Of a DNA stretch of 64,000 nt, positions 1 through 13,481 are shown in pieces. The translations under genes were made by a program, and so were the position numbers. The number at the start of each line of letters is the position of its first letter. Position 1 is the first letter of the stretch. The stretch comes from Octopus vulgaris (Eukaryota), in the NCBI GenBank assembly GCA_951406725.2, contig OX597814.1, positions 30,752,001 to 30,816,000 on the forward strand, read 5' to 3'. The notes beneath the pieces are model-generated. The model made no database searches. It was not told the origin of the DNA and saw nothing but the letters and a program-made list of their open reading frames with translations.

Positions 1-447
1 TCGTCGTTATCCTCCTCCTCCTCCTCGTCCTCCTCCTTCGTCCTCTCCATCTTCCCTGTTCTCCTTTTCTTCACTCTCTTCTCTTTTCCGGCTCCTCTTC
101 TTTTTCCTGCCCCCCTTCCTGCTTTTCCTCCTCCTCTTCTTTTTCCTGCCCCTACCTCCTCTTCCTCTCCTTCTTCCTCCCCCTGTCCCTCCTCTTCCTC
201 CGCTTCTTTCTCCACTCCCCTTCCTCCTCCTCCTCCTCCTCTTCCTCCGCTTCTTCCTTCGCTTCTTCCTCCTCCTCTTTCTCCGCTTCTTCCTCCACTT
301 CTTCCTCCTCTTCTTTCTCCTCTTCTTCCACCTCTTCATCCTCCACTTCCTCCTCCCCATCCTCTCCTTTTCATCCCCCCTCCTCCTCCTCCTCCTCCTC
401 CTCCTCCTCCTCCTCCTCCTCCTACCACCACCACCACCACCACCACC
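1..447. repeat. Polypyrimidine/polypurine low-complexity tract (CCT/CTT triplets, ending in (CCA)n)
   Basis: Seen directly. It explains the R/K- and E-rich pseudo-ORFs at 7..492 and 152..346. Confidence 0.95.
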
Positions 448-832
448 AAAAATGAGAAATGCTGAGTTGCTTCTATAAAGTAGCGAAAACAAATTTACAG
501 CACAATGTAACTGTTGAAATATCTACCATTTACCCAATTACTGTGTTATCAATTAATTTACACTGATATCTTCTCACTTCTATATTAGCAAATGTGATAA
601 TTAAATGGCGAAAAAATAAAAAAAAAGACCGACATTTGAAACGAATATCACCGTGGTAATACAGACTAATACATTTCATGTACATGCGTGCATGCATACA
701 TACATACATACATACATACATACATACATACATACGTATATACATACATACATGCATACATGCATAAGTGTTTGTATACATATACACTCGCGCACACAGA
801 CCTACATAAGATTTTATTTACTGCTGCTGCTG

Positions 833-871
<39 letters not shown>

Positions 872-939
872 TATGTATGCGATTAGTTGGTAGGCGGTGC
901 TGAATTTTACAATCTGTAAATAGTCTAATATTAGAGCAT

Positions 940-3150
940 ATAAGCCCTCGACGGAAAAAAAGTAGAGGCTGCCGAATTATTTATCTTAGTCAATCCATGG
1001 CGATCGCTTATAAGCTTTATATATATATATTAAATGGCCAACACCGATGAAACAGCGAACACTAAGATCTTTAAATTTGACTAACCCATCTTTCTGCTTT
1101 AAATGCAATAATGTTGTAGAGAATAAACATTTGGAATAAATAACTTGTTCTAGGGAAGAAGTGATACTAAAAAAGGTTCATATTACTGTAAAAATGAATT
1201 ACTGATCAATAAAGGTATAACCGAAAAATCTAGAATAAAGAAGGACCGGGGTATGACATAGGGTGACTACTAGGAGGATTTTGACCGCGTACCTCAAATG
1301 TGGGTCCTGAAGCAATTAATCATGAAAACGAGAGCACAAATGATGATCTGGTTAATTTTATCTGATAAATGGTAAATAATTCTAAAACCACAAATTAAAT
1401 ACAGAATTATGAAAACTAATTATAAAAAATACCATATGAGCAGAAATATTCCAAGCCACTATCTCGCTCCACATATTTCTCCACACCTTTACCCTCATCT
1501 GAATTCTGTGTAGTTTTAATATATTAAGCCGTAGCGGATTCTTCTATGGAAGGACTCAACTGCTTTTATTTATTCTCGACCTCAAGCAGTATACTGTTGA
1601 TGATAAACAATTAAAGAAACGCTTCTCCGCACATTACAGGAATTTACTTGATGAATGTTTATACGCCAATATCAATATCAGCCAGGATAAAGAAATACAG
1701 ATGAGGAAGATAGGTTAACATAGACATAGAAATACTTAAGAATCTATGAAGTAGACAGTGTACAACAAACAAACGAGATAATGGATTAGAAGAAACAATA
1801 TAGACAGATTTAATTAAACAAGACTAAATGAAAACTAGGGTAATAGCCATAAATATTATGCTGTTCCTGTAATAATTTACTGTTATAATATTCTCAGTTA
1901 GAAAATAATTGAATTAGCAACATTAGACAGAGAAATATAAGAAAAATAATGACTTTATTTAGAATATGCAACTTCAATTCTGACATAGAGAGATTATATT
2001 TATAATGAATATTAAGTGTAGAGGCCTAATGTATCTAGAAAATTATGAAACAGTATCCACTGTAGTAGTGCAAAAGTACTTTTCGAAGAACAAAAACAAC
2101 TAATACAAGTGGCCACAGAACACGTACAAAAGAAAAAGAACAGAAAAAAAAATGCTTTCTATTTTCAAGGAAGCTACAAATTACATAACAGAGGCTGAAA
2201 TGATAAACAGTTGTGGTCAGAGAGGAGAAATAACTGAAATTTTGTGAAAGGGAAACTTAATTTGAAACGAAGCGAAGCGATAGAATGCCGTGTATAAGTA
2301 TGGACTGTAAAACCACTACTTGAGAAATACTTTTTTTAAAAAAGGACAAAATGAAAGTGAAAATAAACGCGAAAAATGTCAACACTGAGAAGCTCAGGGC
2401 TCAAAACTGAGGCGAATGGGCTCTTGCTTGCGGAACAGAATAAGTCTCTCCCACTAGGCATTAACAAAAGCTGTGATGCATCACACCTTTTACATTAAGA
2501 TAATAGAGACTATATCGAAGTTAAGAAGATATAATTAACCGTATTTTCTATGTGCTCAGACATGGCTAAGGAAGTTTACAAATTTACTTCCACTGGTATG
2601 AAAGAGTTGGGAGATTTATACTCTGATTGTTATGTAAGTATTGTGACAGAAGTATTGTAACAGAAAGGAGGTGGTTTAAGCAAACATTTAAAAAGATCTC
2701 AAAGCATGGTAAAACGAACATTTTCTGGACATCCCAATACATGCAAATAAGTATTACTCTACGGGATATTGTTGTCAAGGAAACATACAAAAGGAAGTTT
2801 ATTATTACCGTAGCCTCAGTTTCAGAAGACAATAGGTTCTCTAAAAGAAAAGGAGAAACTAACCAAATTTAAAGACCTGGAGGAAAAAGGTAAATAGAAT
2901 GTGGAGTTTGTAAACAGAAATAATTTGCATAGTAATAAATACCTTGGGAAGTGTTAAACACATGTATGCGTATATATAACCGAAACCCCAAAACTTGCAG
3001 ATATACACAACATGCAGCACAGAAAATAACAATTTTAGACACTGTGCTGATATTGCATCGAGTATTTTGAATACAAGAGAAATACAAAACTCAAACATAG
3101 CACGGCACATCTCAACGTATAAAGTAATGCACTCGACAGGTTGTGAAAAC
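940..3150 (+). mobile_element. Degenerate R4/Dong-clade non-LTR retrotransposon (RT plus RLE endonuclease), many stops and frameshifts
   Basis: Translated remnants in the expected order: KKGSYYCKNELLINKGI (~1170), DY..DFDRVPQMWVL (~1265; cf. WIDYKKAFDSVPH), IFQ (~1450), SDIERLYL..RGLMYLE (~1980), GLKTE..GLLLAEQ..SLP (~2400), RDIVVKE..FIITVASVSEDN / KEKLTKFKDLE (2760-2880, PD-(D/E)xK RLE region), AQKITILDTVLILHRVF* ending at 3070. Confidence 0.8.
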
Positions 3151-3676
3151 ACTCAGTAAACATAGGACTATAAAAAAAACATGTATCATCTTTTCTTTGC
3201 TTTCAAGAATACATGATGTTGGTGACTCTTCATAAGCAGAATACAAAAGAAAACAGCAACTAAGAATTACATCGAGTAAAAAAAAGGCGAGGTCAACAAT
3301 AACAATACAGTTACATTAATAAATAGATGACAATAACTAGCAGCAACAGTATAAAACAACAAATTAAGAGCAAAAATGGATCCCTAAAATTGTGGTGAGC
3401 ACATTGAGGGATTTGAACCTAGTACATAACCCAGGATTTAGATACAGGCCTGTTTCAGCCATGCCAATTTTGCTATTCTTTTCCCCTCTCATAATGTTAC
3501 TGAAAGGCAAAATATTTCTCTCTACTTTCACCTTTATTTTTATGAACAAGCTAATGACTAGAAAAGAAAACCTATGTACTCAAACACACCACCTGCGTCC
3601 ACTTCCTCCCTGATAGCTATTAATCATAAGGTGTAGTTATTTATTATTCCAAAATATTATCAAATTATCAAATATA

Positions 3677-4070
3677 GGTGCAGGAGTGGCTGTGTGGTAA
3701 GTAGCTTGCTTACCAACCACATGGTTCTAGGTTCATTCCCACTGCATGGCACCTTGGGCAAGTGTCTTCTACTATAGCCTCGGGCTGACCAAAGCCTTGT
3801 GAGTGAATTTAGTAGACGGAAACTGAAGGAAGACCGTCGTATATATGTATGTGTGTGTATATGTTTGTGTGTCTGTGTTTGTCCCCCTCCCCAGCATCGC
3901 TTGACAACCGGGGGTGGTGTGTTTACGTCCCCGTAACTTAGCGGTTTGGCAAAAAGACCGATAGAATAAGTACTAGGCTTACAAAGAATAAGTCCTGGGG
4001 TCGATTTGCTCGACTAAAGGCGGTGCTCCAGCATGGCCGCAGTCACATGACTGAAAGAAGTAAAAGAGTA
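3677..4070 (+). mobile_element. tRNA-derived SINE, family A, full length
   Basis: Head GGTGCAGGAGTGGCTGTGTGGTAAG (A box) and GGTTCATTCCC (B box), internal (TA/TG) microsatellite, GTAAAAGAGTA tail. More than 10 homologous copies lie in the window. Confidence 0.92.
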
Positions 4071-4995
4071 AATTGATGAATAACGAAGACACTCCAAAAC
4101 AACCGACGAAAATGTTGAAGGATAAGTGCGCAATACATTAGACGTCTTGGGGGTTATCGTAGAAGACGTTTGCTCAAAAGGCTGCCCAGTAGGACTGAAC
4201 CCGCATAGTTGCGAAGCAAATTTCTTAACCATACTGCCATGCCTAAAATAGTTATGAAGCATTAAATATGAATGAAATGTAACTGACAGGTTGGAGAATA
4301 TTACAGTAAATGGAGACAGTTGACAAAAAGGTATCATTTCGCTATAAGCACGTCAACAAATACTTGGAAAGGATGTTACTGAAGCTGGGGATCAAAACGT
4401 GGCTGGAGATTACGTTTAAGTGATAAATTTACCATTACGTCACTTCACATTTTTAAACTAATTGAAGTGTGCCGATTGTTAGAAAATTCTAAAAAGCTAA
4501 TCATATGACTATAAACATCACAAATAGAACTAAAAAATATCAGGAGACTATTTGTCAACAATAAAATATAAAAATAAAGATGCGTGTGTGTATGTGTGGG
4601 TGTGTGTGTGTGTAATATGAAACAAACAAAAATAAAATTTTTCTGCAGAGAATGGTTAAAATATTATTATAGAAAGTTTAAGCAAATTATGATTTCTTTA
4701 AGAGAAAACAACAAATAGCAAATTTACGTATAAATATATGTATAATGAAAATAAATAAAAACATAATAAACTGAAATGAACTAGGAAACCTCAGCCGTCC
4801 ATTTTTTTTTTTTTTTCAGTAATTTGATTCCAGGAATAACGTCATGCAGATTTCGGTTTTCAGTTTGAACATATTTTTTTTTTTTTTTCTTAAATCAATT
4901 TCTTTGTTGAGATTATAGCTTAGACATCGCTATTTAGTTAAATTTCAAAAGTGCTGCTGAAATAGAAAAAAAAAGAACAAGAAAAAAAAAAAAGA

Positions 4996-5029
<34 letters not shown>

Positions 5030-5663
5030 GCAGCAACCGAAAAGACGACATGGCAGAAAAATCGCTGACACCGACCCTTAATAATGGATTCGATTAATTG
5101 TTTACAACTTTGCTGGCAAAAATAGCCCCTAGCAGTGTTCTATACACCGAATATAATATCCTGTGACGTTTCATACAACTTCGACTGAAAATGCTACAAG
5201 AATATTTTCTCTTAGATGTTTCAATGAATGGCATCAGTGCATTTGTATTTTTTTCACCAACATTTATAGTTTGGTATAATCCAAGACATTTAACGCTATT
5301 GCTCCTCGTTCTCTCTCTCTCTCCCTTCTCTCCCCCTCTCTCTCCGTTGATCATTCATTGTCTCTGTTACTCTCTTTCGTCCTCTCTCTGTCTCTATCTC
5401 TTTCACACACACTCTTTCGTTCTCCCTCTCTTTGCTAATGGAATATTGTCAACAAGCCAGGTTAACTACATAAAATGTTGTTAGGTTGTCAAAAATATTT
5501 TTAGGTCACCTGAGTACATTCTCTTTCTCTTTCACCCTCTCTGTAAATGCAATGTATTATATAATATATATATATATATTTGTGTGTGTGTGTTTGTATA
5601 TTGTATGTACGTATATACATATAAGTATGCATCTATTTGTTTACATACATATATACATATATT

Positions 5664-5813
5664 AAGGCGTAACTGGTACTTAATTTATCGACCCCCGAAA
5701 GGATGAAAGGCAAAGTCGACCTCGGCGGAATTTGAACTCAGAACGTAACGGCAGACGAAATACAGCTACGCATTTCGCCCAGCGTGCTAACGTTTCTGCC
5801 AGCTCGCGGCCTT
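5664..5813 (-). mobile_element. SINE family B, head and core fragment
   Basis: Reverse complement of GAGCTGGCAGAAACGTTAGCACG...GAGTTCAAATTCCGCCGAGGTCGACTTTGCCTTTCATCC, shared with 8997, 23586, 38703 and 50451. Confidence 0.9.
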
Positions 5814-5817
5814 TTAT

Positions 5818-5869
<52 letters not shown>

Positions 5870-5903
5870 TTATATGCATATATGCATGTATGTATATACA
5901 TAT

Positions 5904-6292
5904 ATTCTTTTATTCTCTTGCTTGTTTCAGTAATTTGACTGCGGACATGCTGGAGCACCGCCTTAAAAGGGTTTTAGTTGCAGAAATCGACCCCAGGGCT
6001 TATTCTTTGTAAGCCTAGTGCTTATTCTATTGGTCTCTTTGCCGAACCGCTCAGTTACGAGGACATAAACACACTAACATTGGTTGTCAAGCGATAGCAG
6101 GAGGAGAGACACAGGCACACACGTACATAAAAACAAACACATATATACGACAGGCTTCTTTCAGTTTTCGTCTTCCAAATCTGCTTACAAGGCTTTGGTC
6201 ATCCTGAGGCTATAGAAGCAGACACTCAAGGTGACATGTAATGAGACTGAACCCGGACCCATGAGGTTGTGAAGCAAGCTTTTACTACACAG
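5904..6292 (-). mobile_element. SINE family A
   Basis: Reverse complement of the family A body (TTGTTTCAGTAATTTGACTGCGG...TGCTGGAGCACCGCC...TGAACCCGGACCCATG). Confidence 0.88.
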
Positions 6293-6834
6293 AAGTCTAT
6301 CTAAATCTAAATGCAATCAATCCCAACTAAAAATAGGCCAAACTGTCACAACCTTAATAAATACGAGTAAAATTAAAGATATGAATGCAAAAACTTGTAA
6401 TTGTAGGGTCCCAGAATTTATGTTCGCTTGCTGGATTTTATTTACGAAAAAATATATTTCATAAATGCAGTGTGACAAAATGACAACCATCAAATAAGAG
6501 TATACATAGGAAGTACTATAGATTTTAAGAGACGATATAGGACCCACTTAAACACCTTCAGTGAGCTAAAATATAAAAACTCAACGGCACTAGCTAGATA
6601 CATACATGACATAAAATCACAGGACGTCAATTATACATTATTTTGGTCTATTATAGATGAGGCCTCCCCATACAACACGATAATGGGCAGATGTAAAATG
6701 TGCATAAAAGAATCATACAAACCACAGGTGCTTCAAGAGGAAACAACTGGCATTTACCATAACTACTTGCTCACAGCCTACCTGAGAATGCACATCCAAG
6801 ACACACACACACATTTATATTTTGAACTTCCGCA

Positions 6835-6972
6835 CAATTTCTTTCTTACATGTTTCACTCATAAGGCTTTGGTAAAGCCGAAGCTCCTTTGCCCTAGGTG
6901 CCATGCAGTGGGATAGAACTTGAAACATCTTCATTGCAAAGCTAATTTCTTAACCACACGGCTATTCCTGTA
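6835..6972 (-). mobile_element. Old SINE family A head fragment
   Basis: CACTCATAAGGCTTTGG...GGTGCCATGCAGTGGGA...TTCTTAACCACACGGC matches the reverse-complemented family A head. Confidence 0.6.
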
Positions 6973-7610
6973 CTAATGTATTTTATTTTAAGAACATTAA
7001 ATAATTATAGATGATTTCATAACACTTTCTAGAGTTAGTTTATTAGTTTATTATGTTATTTTCTCTAATAATGAACTCGTAAACAAATAGCAGTAATACA
7101 ATAGGGGGAAAGCAGACAGTGATCAGAAAAAAATATCTATAAAAAGGTCAAGAGATACTTCACTGTTTTCGAGTATTAGTTTACAGCAAATGAGAAAAAA
7201 ACTTCCGGTCTTTTCATAACCAGCAGTTGATCCTGAAATTTGGGATTATAATGATGGAAATGATGATGATTAAAGCAATGATAAAGATTGAGAAGGGGAG
7301 ACGAATAGCGCTAGGGATATAACAATTCAATGATTTTGCCTTCTGGATATAATAAAACGATGAAATATTAAGAAAAGAACAAAAACACTAAAATTTTTAC
7401 GCCTTTGCATACTTGCATACAGACTCACAAGCACACATACCAATACACATGCTTATGAACACTCATATATATATACACACATATGTACACACATACACAT
7501 ACATGCATACATACGTACGCACATATACATATATGCACTCACATTCTTTCTCTTTGCCCGTCTGTCTGTGTCTCTTGAATACAAAGACACACAGACAGAC
7601 AGACACACAG

Positions 7611-7668
<58 letters not shown>

Positions 7669-8905
7669 ATAGAAGCATACACTGGCGTTATAAAACTGAT
7701 ATTACTCCTCTAGAATAATAATAGTGAAGAAAAAATAGCAAAACACAACAAAACAAATGCAAATCGAAATAATAACATAAGTCAATAAAAATTAGAACAA
7801 AAAAGTAAATATAGCAAAATATAAAGCATTAAATTGGTAAATAAATAATTCAGCAAGTAATTTAGATAAAGAAACTTATGGTCAAAATGGTTAAGAAACA
7901 TTGCAATAAATGCCACTGGAGAAAAGTAATAGTTAAGTGGCTTCCTTTAAAAGCCGAAAGCTAACGATAGCAAATTGCCTGCGGGCGTTATATCGTCGAA
8001 GAATCGGAAGCGATGAAACCCCGCCAGCTCACCTGGAAATGACAAATAAAAAAGGATATGAATACACACTCAAACACACTCTCACAAGCATACACACACT
8101 CTCTCTGTCTCCTTGTTTCTCTCTTTCATACACACACATACACGCATTTATTTAGATATAACAAAGATGATTGAATACAAGAAAACACTGTCTGAAAATA
8201 CGGGAAACGAAGACGAAGAATATGAAGAGGATAAAAAGAAATAGCAAAATAAATTACAAAATAAAACCCAAAGAAATGCAATATAAAATAGAAAGGAGAC
8301 AGAGAAAAGAGTGTAACAGAATTAAAATGTGGGAAAAAAAAGAAGAAAAAGTAGAGCATTAGAAAGATCAAGAAGAGCGCACTATTAAACGGAACGGGCG
8401 ATGGTGGAATGAAACAGAGATGTTTAGAGCTATTATGAAATCGTAACTAATAAACAATTAATAGAGATATTGTGATGAAAGGAGAAAGGCACATAGACGC
8501 CCATGCGTTGCATCAGACATACATACACCAGAACGAATGAGCATAGAAAAGCATATATTGCACATAGAGCTGAAAGGGTCGTTGATCAAGCTAAACACAA
8601 TTCTCCATTTTTAATTTTCCATTTCTTTCAATAACTTCCCCGTCTCTCGCATAGCATGTACAGTAACACACATGCACGTGCTCGCGCGAACACACACACA
8701 CGTATACACAAACTCTTATATACATAGATATATAGACATTTGAATGTACAAACTATGAGTATTAGAATTTATTTTAGCAATGATGTACTTCATCTTTACT
8801 CAGGGTTTCTCGCTTAACAATATTCATTCATTTTGATGTCACATGAACAAAATTACAAAGCATAAAAACACGTGGAAGACTTGGAGTAAATAAGCATAAA
8901 CCGAA

Positions 8906-8996
<91 letters not shown>

Positions 8997-8998
<2 letters not shown>

Positions 8999-9402
8999 GG
9001 CAGAAACGTTAGCGCGCCGGGCGAAATGCGTAGCCGTATTTCGTCTGCCGCTACGTTCTGAGTTCAAATTCCGCCGAGGCCGGCTTTGCCTTTCATCCTT
9101 TCGGAGTCGATTAAATAAGTACCAGTTACGCACTGGAGTCGATATAATAGACTTAATCCGCTTGTCTGTCCTTGTTTGTTCTCCCTGTGTTTAGCCCCTT
9201 GTGGGTAATAAAGAAATAGGTATTTCGTCTGCCGTTAGGTTCTGAGTTCAAATTCCTACGAGCTCGACTTTGCCTTTCATCCTTTCGGGGTAAATTAAAT
9301 AAGTACCGGCTACGCACTGGGGTCGATGTAATCGAATTAATCCCTTTGTCTGTCCTAGTTTGTCCCCTCCATGTTTAGCCCCCTGTGTGTAATAAAGAAA
9401 TA
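8997..9402 (+). mobile_element. SINE family B, dimeric (tandem body)
   Basis: Two tandem units GTATTTCGTCTGCCG...GAGTTCAAATTCC...GCCTTTCATCCTTTCGG...TAGCCCC...AATAAAGAAATA. Both sides are flanked by GAATATCTATCTATCT. Confidence 0.92.
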
Positions 9403-9509
9403 GAATATCTATCTATCTGTCTCTCTGTGTGTATACAGGTATGTATGTATGTATTACTCTATTTACATAATATCGAGGTCTCATTCTTTTATTACCTTAC
9501 CATGTCTAT

Positions 9510-9546
<37 letters not shown>

Positions 9547-9567
9547 GCATACGTTTATGTGTGTTTG

Positions 9568-9605
<38 letters not shown>

Positions 9606-10204
9606 TGTTTGCGTTTGTGCATGTATGTGTCTTTTAGCATAAGCATTGTACAAAGAAGCGTATACTCCAACACTCAGTGTCAGATGTAGAGTTTTATGGC
9701 TTTCGAATACACTATAAAAGGTACTCATCTACATGAGTTACGTTGTTCCCGATCGGAAGTTGCTTTTTTTTCCTTCCTTAGAAAACATTTTAATGACTGA
9801 GTCTGAGGTGATACTCTACATTTACAGTGAAAGAAAGCTGACTAAAAGTAATCAGTAATTGTAATTATAGAAAATAGAATGATGTGTGATGTGGAAGTAT
9901 ATAAGATAAATAAAAATAGAATATGATGATGTGGGAAGACACTGAATAACATAAACAGGGTTGGAAATACCCAAGATATGTGAAAATTTTATGAAATAAG
10001 AGCATCATTGTGGGTGACTGTTTAAGAACAGTGATTATAGCATAAATTCATTCAATAAATAATTATTATAACGAAAAGTAATTCAATAAACAATTGATTA
10101 AAATGATGATTAATTAATTCACTGGATAAATAAACTAAATAGGTAAATAATTGGTTGATGATAGATAGTTTAAGAACATATACGAGATGAGGTGACAAAT
10201 AAAT

Positions 10205-10603
10205 TCTTTTCTACAATAGGTACAAGGCCCAAGACTTTTGGGAAGGGGGCTAGTCGATTAGATCGACCCAGTACACTACTGGTACTTAATTTATCGACCC
10301 CGAAAGGATGAAAAGCAAAGTCGACCTCGGCGGAATTTGAACCCAGAACGTAAATTCAGACGAAATACCTATTTCTTTTACTACTCACAAGGGGCTAAAC
10401 ACAGAGAGAACAAACAAGGACAGACAAACGGATTAAGTCGATTATATCGACCCCAGTGCGCAACTGGTACTTATTTAATCGACCCAGAAAGGATGAAAGG
10501 CAAAGTCGACCTCGGCGGAATTTGAACTCAGAACGTAGCGACAGACGAAATACCGCTAAGCATTTCGCCCGGCGTGCTAACGTTTCTGCAAGCTCACCGC
10601 CTT
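10205..10603 (-). mobile_element. SINE family B, dimeric with two different tails
   Basis: Head at 10603 and two core units. Degenerate TSD AGGTGACAAATAAATT (~10190) / AGGTAACAAATATATT (~10604). Confidence 0.9.
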
Positions 10604-10731
10604 AGGTAACAAATATATTGAGGCAGCATGTGATAGGAATATACCAAGGCAAAACTAGCCGCAGTCGGAGGTAATAGGTAGTCATGGATAAAAGTTACAT
10701 AATATTACGTTATACACAGTACGTAGGGCAA

Positions 10732-10866
10732 GATGCTTAGCGAGTTCGACTTTACCTTTCATGCTTTCAGGGTCGATAAAATAACTACCAGTCGAGCACT
10801 GCGGTCGATGTAATCGACTTACCTTCTTCTCCGTACTTGTTGGCCTTGTGCCAAACTTTGAAACCG
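10732..10866 (+). mobile_element. Old SINE family B fragment
   Basis: TCGACTTTACCTTTCATGCTTTCAGGGTCGATAAAATAACTACCAG core followed by a GGCCTTGTGCC tail. Confidence 0.7.
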
Positions 10867-11149
10867 ATATTACGTGATACAGAATATTACATGGTACATA
10901 GTTAAGATAAAGAATCTGTGGTCAAGTGTTAATTTATAACTGCTAAAGATCCGATATACGTGATACACGTATGTCATAAACTTAAGTCCTTACGCAATAT
11001 TCTTGGTGAGAATTGGTTGGTTAGGTAGAATTGAAGAATAAGCTCATTAACGTGTCTGTGCAGTGAGTTAAACGAATTTTATGGTATGGGCTTAAAACTG
11101 AAGTTGATTAAACATTAATTGAATATTCGTTTTTGAATTTAATATTAAA

Positions 11150-11294
11150 TGTTCATTGAAATTCCGCTGAGACTGACTTTGCCTTTCACCTTTTCAGGGT
11201 CGATAAAATAACTACCAGCAGAACATTGGGTTCGATGTAATCGACTAGTCCTCTCTCCTGAAATCACCGACCTTGAGTCAAAATTAGAAACTAA
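11150..11294 (+). mobile_element. Old SINE family B fragment
   Basis: GACTTTGCCTTTCACCTTTTCAGGGTCGATAAAATAACTACCAG core. Confidence 0.7.
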
Positions 11295-12742
11295 TATCAA
11301 ATATTAATTATAGTTATATTATTACATCGTGTGTTGGGAGGAGTATGTTTCCTCATTAACTGCATCAAACCAGTCCATGTGTAAGTGAAAGTGATCCACG
11401 GAATAAAGTCTGATATATACTGGCTTCCACCTCAGCCCTTGGCTGTACCTACATAATCAAATACTTCATTAGCTCTCATCCTCATTTGCAGGCAGCCAAT
11501 TCATCTGTATATAGTTAAATCACACAGTGGAGGGGAGAAGGTACAGAAGAATTAGCAATGTGTATCTTCCTCATCATCCGCCATGGCACGGAGAAAGTAT
11601 GTTCACTGATAGTTTATTTAAAGCACGATACACACTGCACATCCATTCGTTCATATACAGAATTAAACGCTTCTCAACTATATTGTGAAAATATAGTTGG
11701 TAGTTGAAGGAACAAATACATAAAATGTCTAGCAGAGCTACTAAGGAAAAAAAGCTTATTCTAAGAGCAGCAGAAAATTTCAGCTTATGAGCAAGCAAAA
11801 AACTGATACTGTCCATCCTGAAGAGGAGGAAAGAGTCTCATCTTCATGAGGAAAAAAATGATAAAATAGATTAAATTAAATTACAATATTTTAAACATAA
11901 CCATCTTACGGACACATTCTACTGACCGGGACAAGCAACCAAGTATCCTGATCTTTGAAAACCAAGCACTTACATTAAAATTTCTTTTAGTTTCTTCGCA
12001 CTCTTTTCTTACATCCTTCCTTCAATAAAAGGATCGGAAGCTGAGGAGCAAATATGTTATACACAAAAGGTGATATGATATATCCTACCAAAATTCTTCC
12101 GCGTTCTTTCTCCTGCATAAATCCACAATAATTCAAAATATTTATCCAAGAGAATTAGGAATGCTACGTAGGTCGGTTGATGAATATACACACAAGGAGA
12201 ACTGCCAGTGAATGCATGCATGAGAATATATTAAAAATAGAAAGAAACAACGCAGACAATGACAATTGATACGCAATATATGTATGAATTTGTTGGCAAA
12301 ATTGATTAATGTCCTTAGGGAAATAAACAAAGAAAAATAGGGAAAAAAGAAAATAAAGACATACATACATTTGTATATATTTTTCTCGCTGGATTGCGTG
12401 TTCGTTTCTTTTGTTTCCATCTGTGATGTTACTTTTGATCTTTTATATAAATGAAAATATTTCCTCCGCCTGGCTGCTTTTCTTCCTACAAAATGAGAAG
12501 TTACATTGCAGATCTGATATTTTACCGAGTTGTATCTATTTATCACATGACGAGATACATCTGCACCGCCGGTCGCCCCTGAACCAGTTGTTGAGTGTCC
12601 CAGCGATGAGCGATCGATGCTAGATGTGTCGAAACAATTGTCGTGATTAATAATAACTTCTCGTATATTCCATCTTTCGTCTTTCATTTGGCATATATAT
12701 TTATACGTATATATATATATTTATATATATATAAGTAAATAA

Positions 12743-12782
<40 letters not shown>

Positions 12783-12813
12783 GTGTGTATGTGTATATGT
12801 GTACGAATGTGTG

Positions 12814-12938
<125 letters not shown>

Positions 12939-13387
12939 TTCTGTGTATCTTAACACGAATATACTGTATGAAAGCTACAACAGTAGTATTTGTCTTGAGT
13001 AAGCATCTCGTAAAAACGAATTGTGGTAAAAAGTATAGAAATAACAAGAGCAGCAGTGGAATTGCTAGATCCTGGATTTCGAGTGACAAGTATTACGACA
13101 CCGGTGACTTGTTAATCACTGTTTTTTTCTATATGGGTAAAACAAAATTTGCACCAGCATACAGTGATAGTGGATACATACATACATACATACATACATA
13201 CATACATACATACATACATACATACATACATACATTCATACAAACATACATACATACATACATACATACATACATACATACATACACACATACATACATG
13301 TACATATATATGTTTATTTCTATTTACCAAAAGGGGCCAACATAGAGGGGACAAACACACATGCGGGGACAATTAACACATGAAAAA

Positions 13388-13446
<59 letters not shown>

Positions 13447-13481
13447 ATGTGTATATATGCATGTATATATATATATATACA

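Noticed and set aside
7-492. 161-aa Arg/Lys-rich (protamine-like) ORF and the overlapping Glu-rich ORF
   Set aside because: Both are translations of a CCT/CTT low-complexity tract. Different frames give different homopolymers and no gene structure is evident.
11815-11855. CTGAAGAG motif as another hammerhead
   Set aside because: No GAAA follows a stem II at the right position, and stems I and III cannot be formed.
12142-12687. 181-aa minus-strand ORF as a host gene
   Set aside because: It has no recognisable domain, its 3' half is AT-rich low-complexity sequence, and I see no supporting splice structure. Kept only as a unique island.
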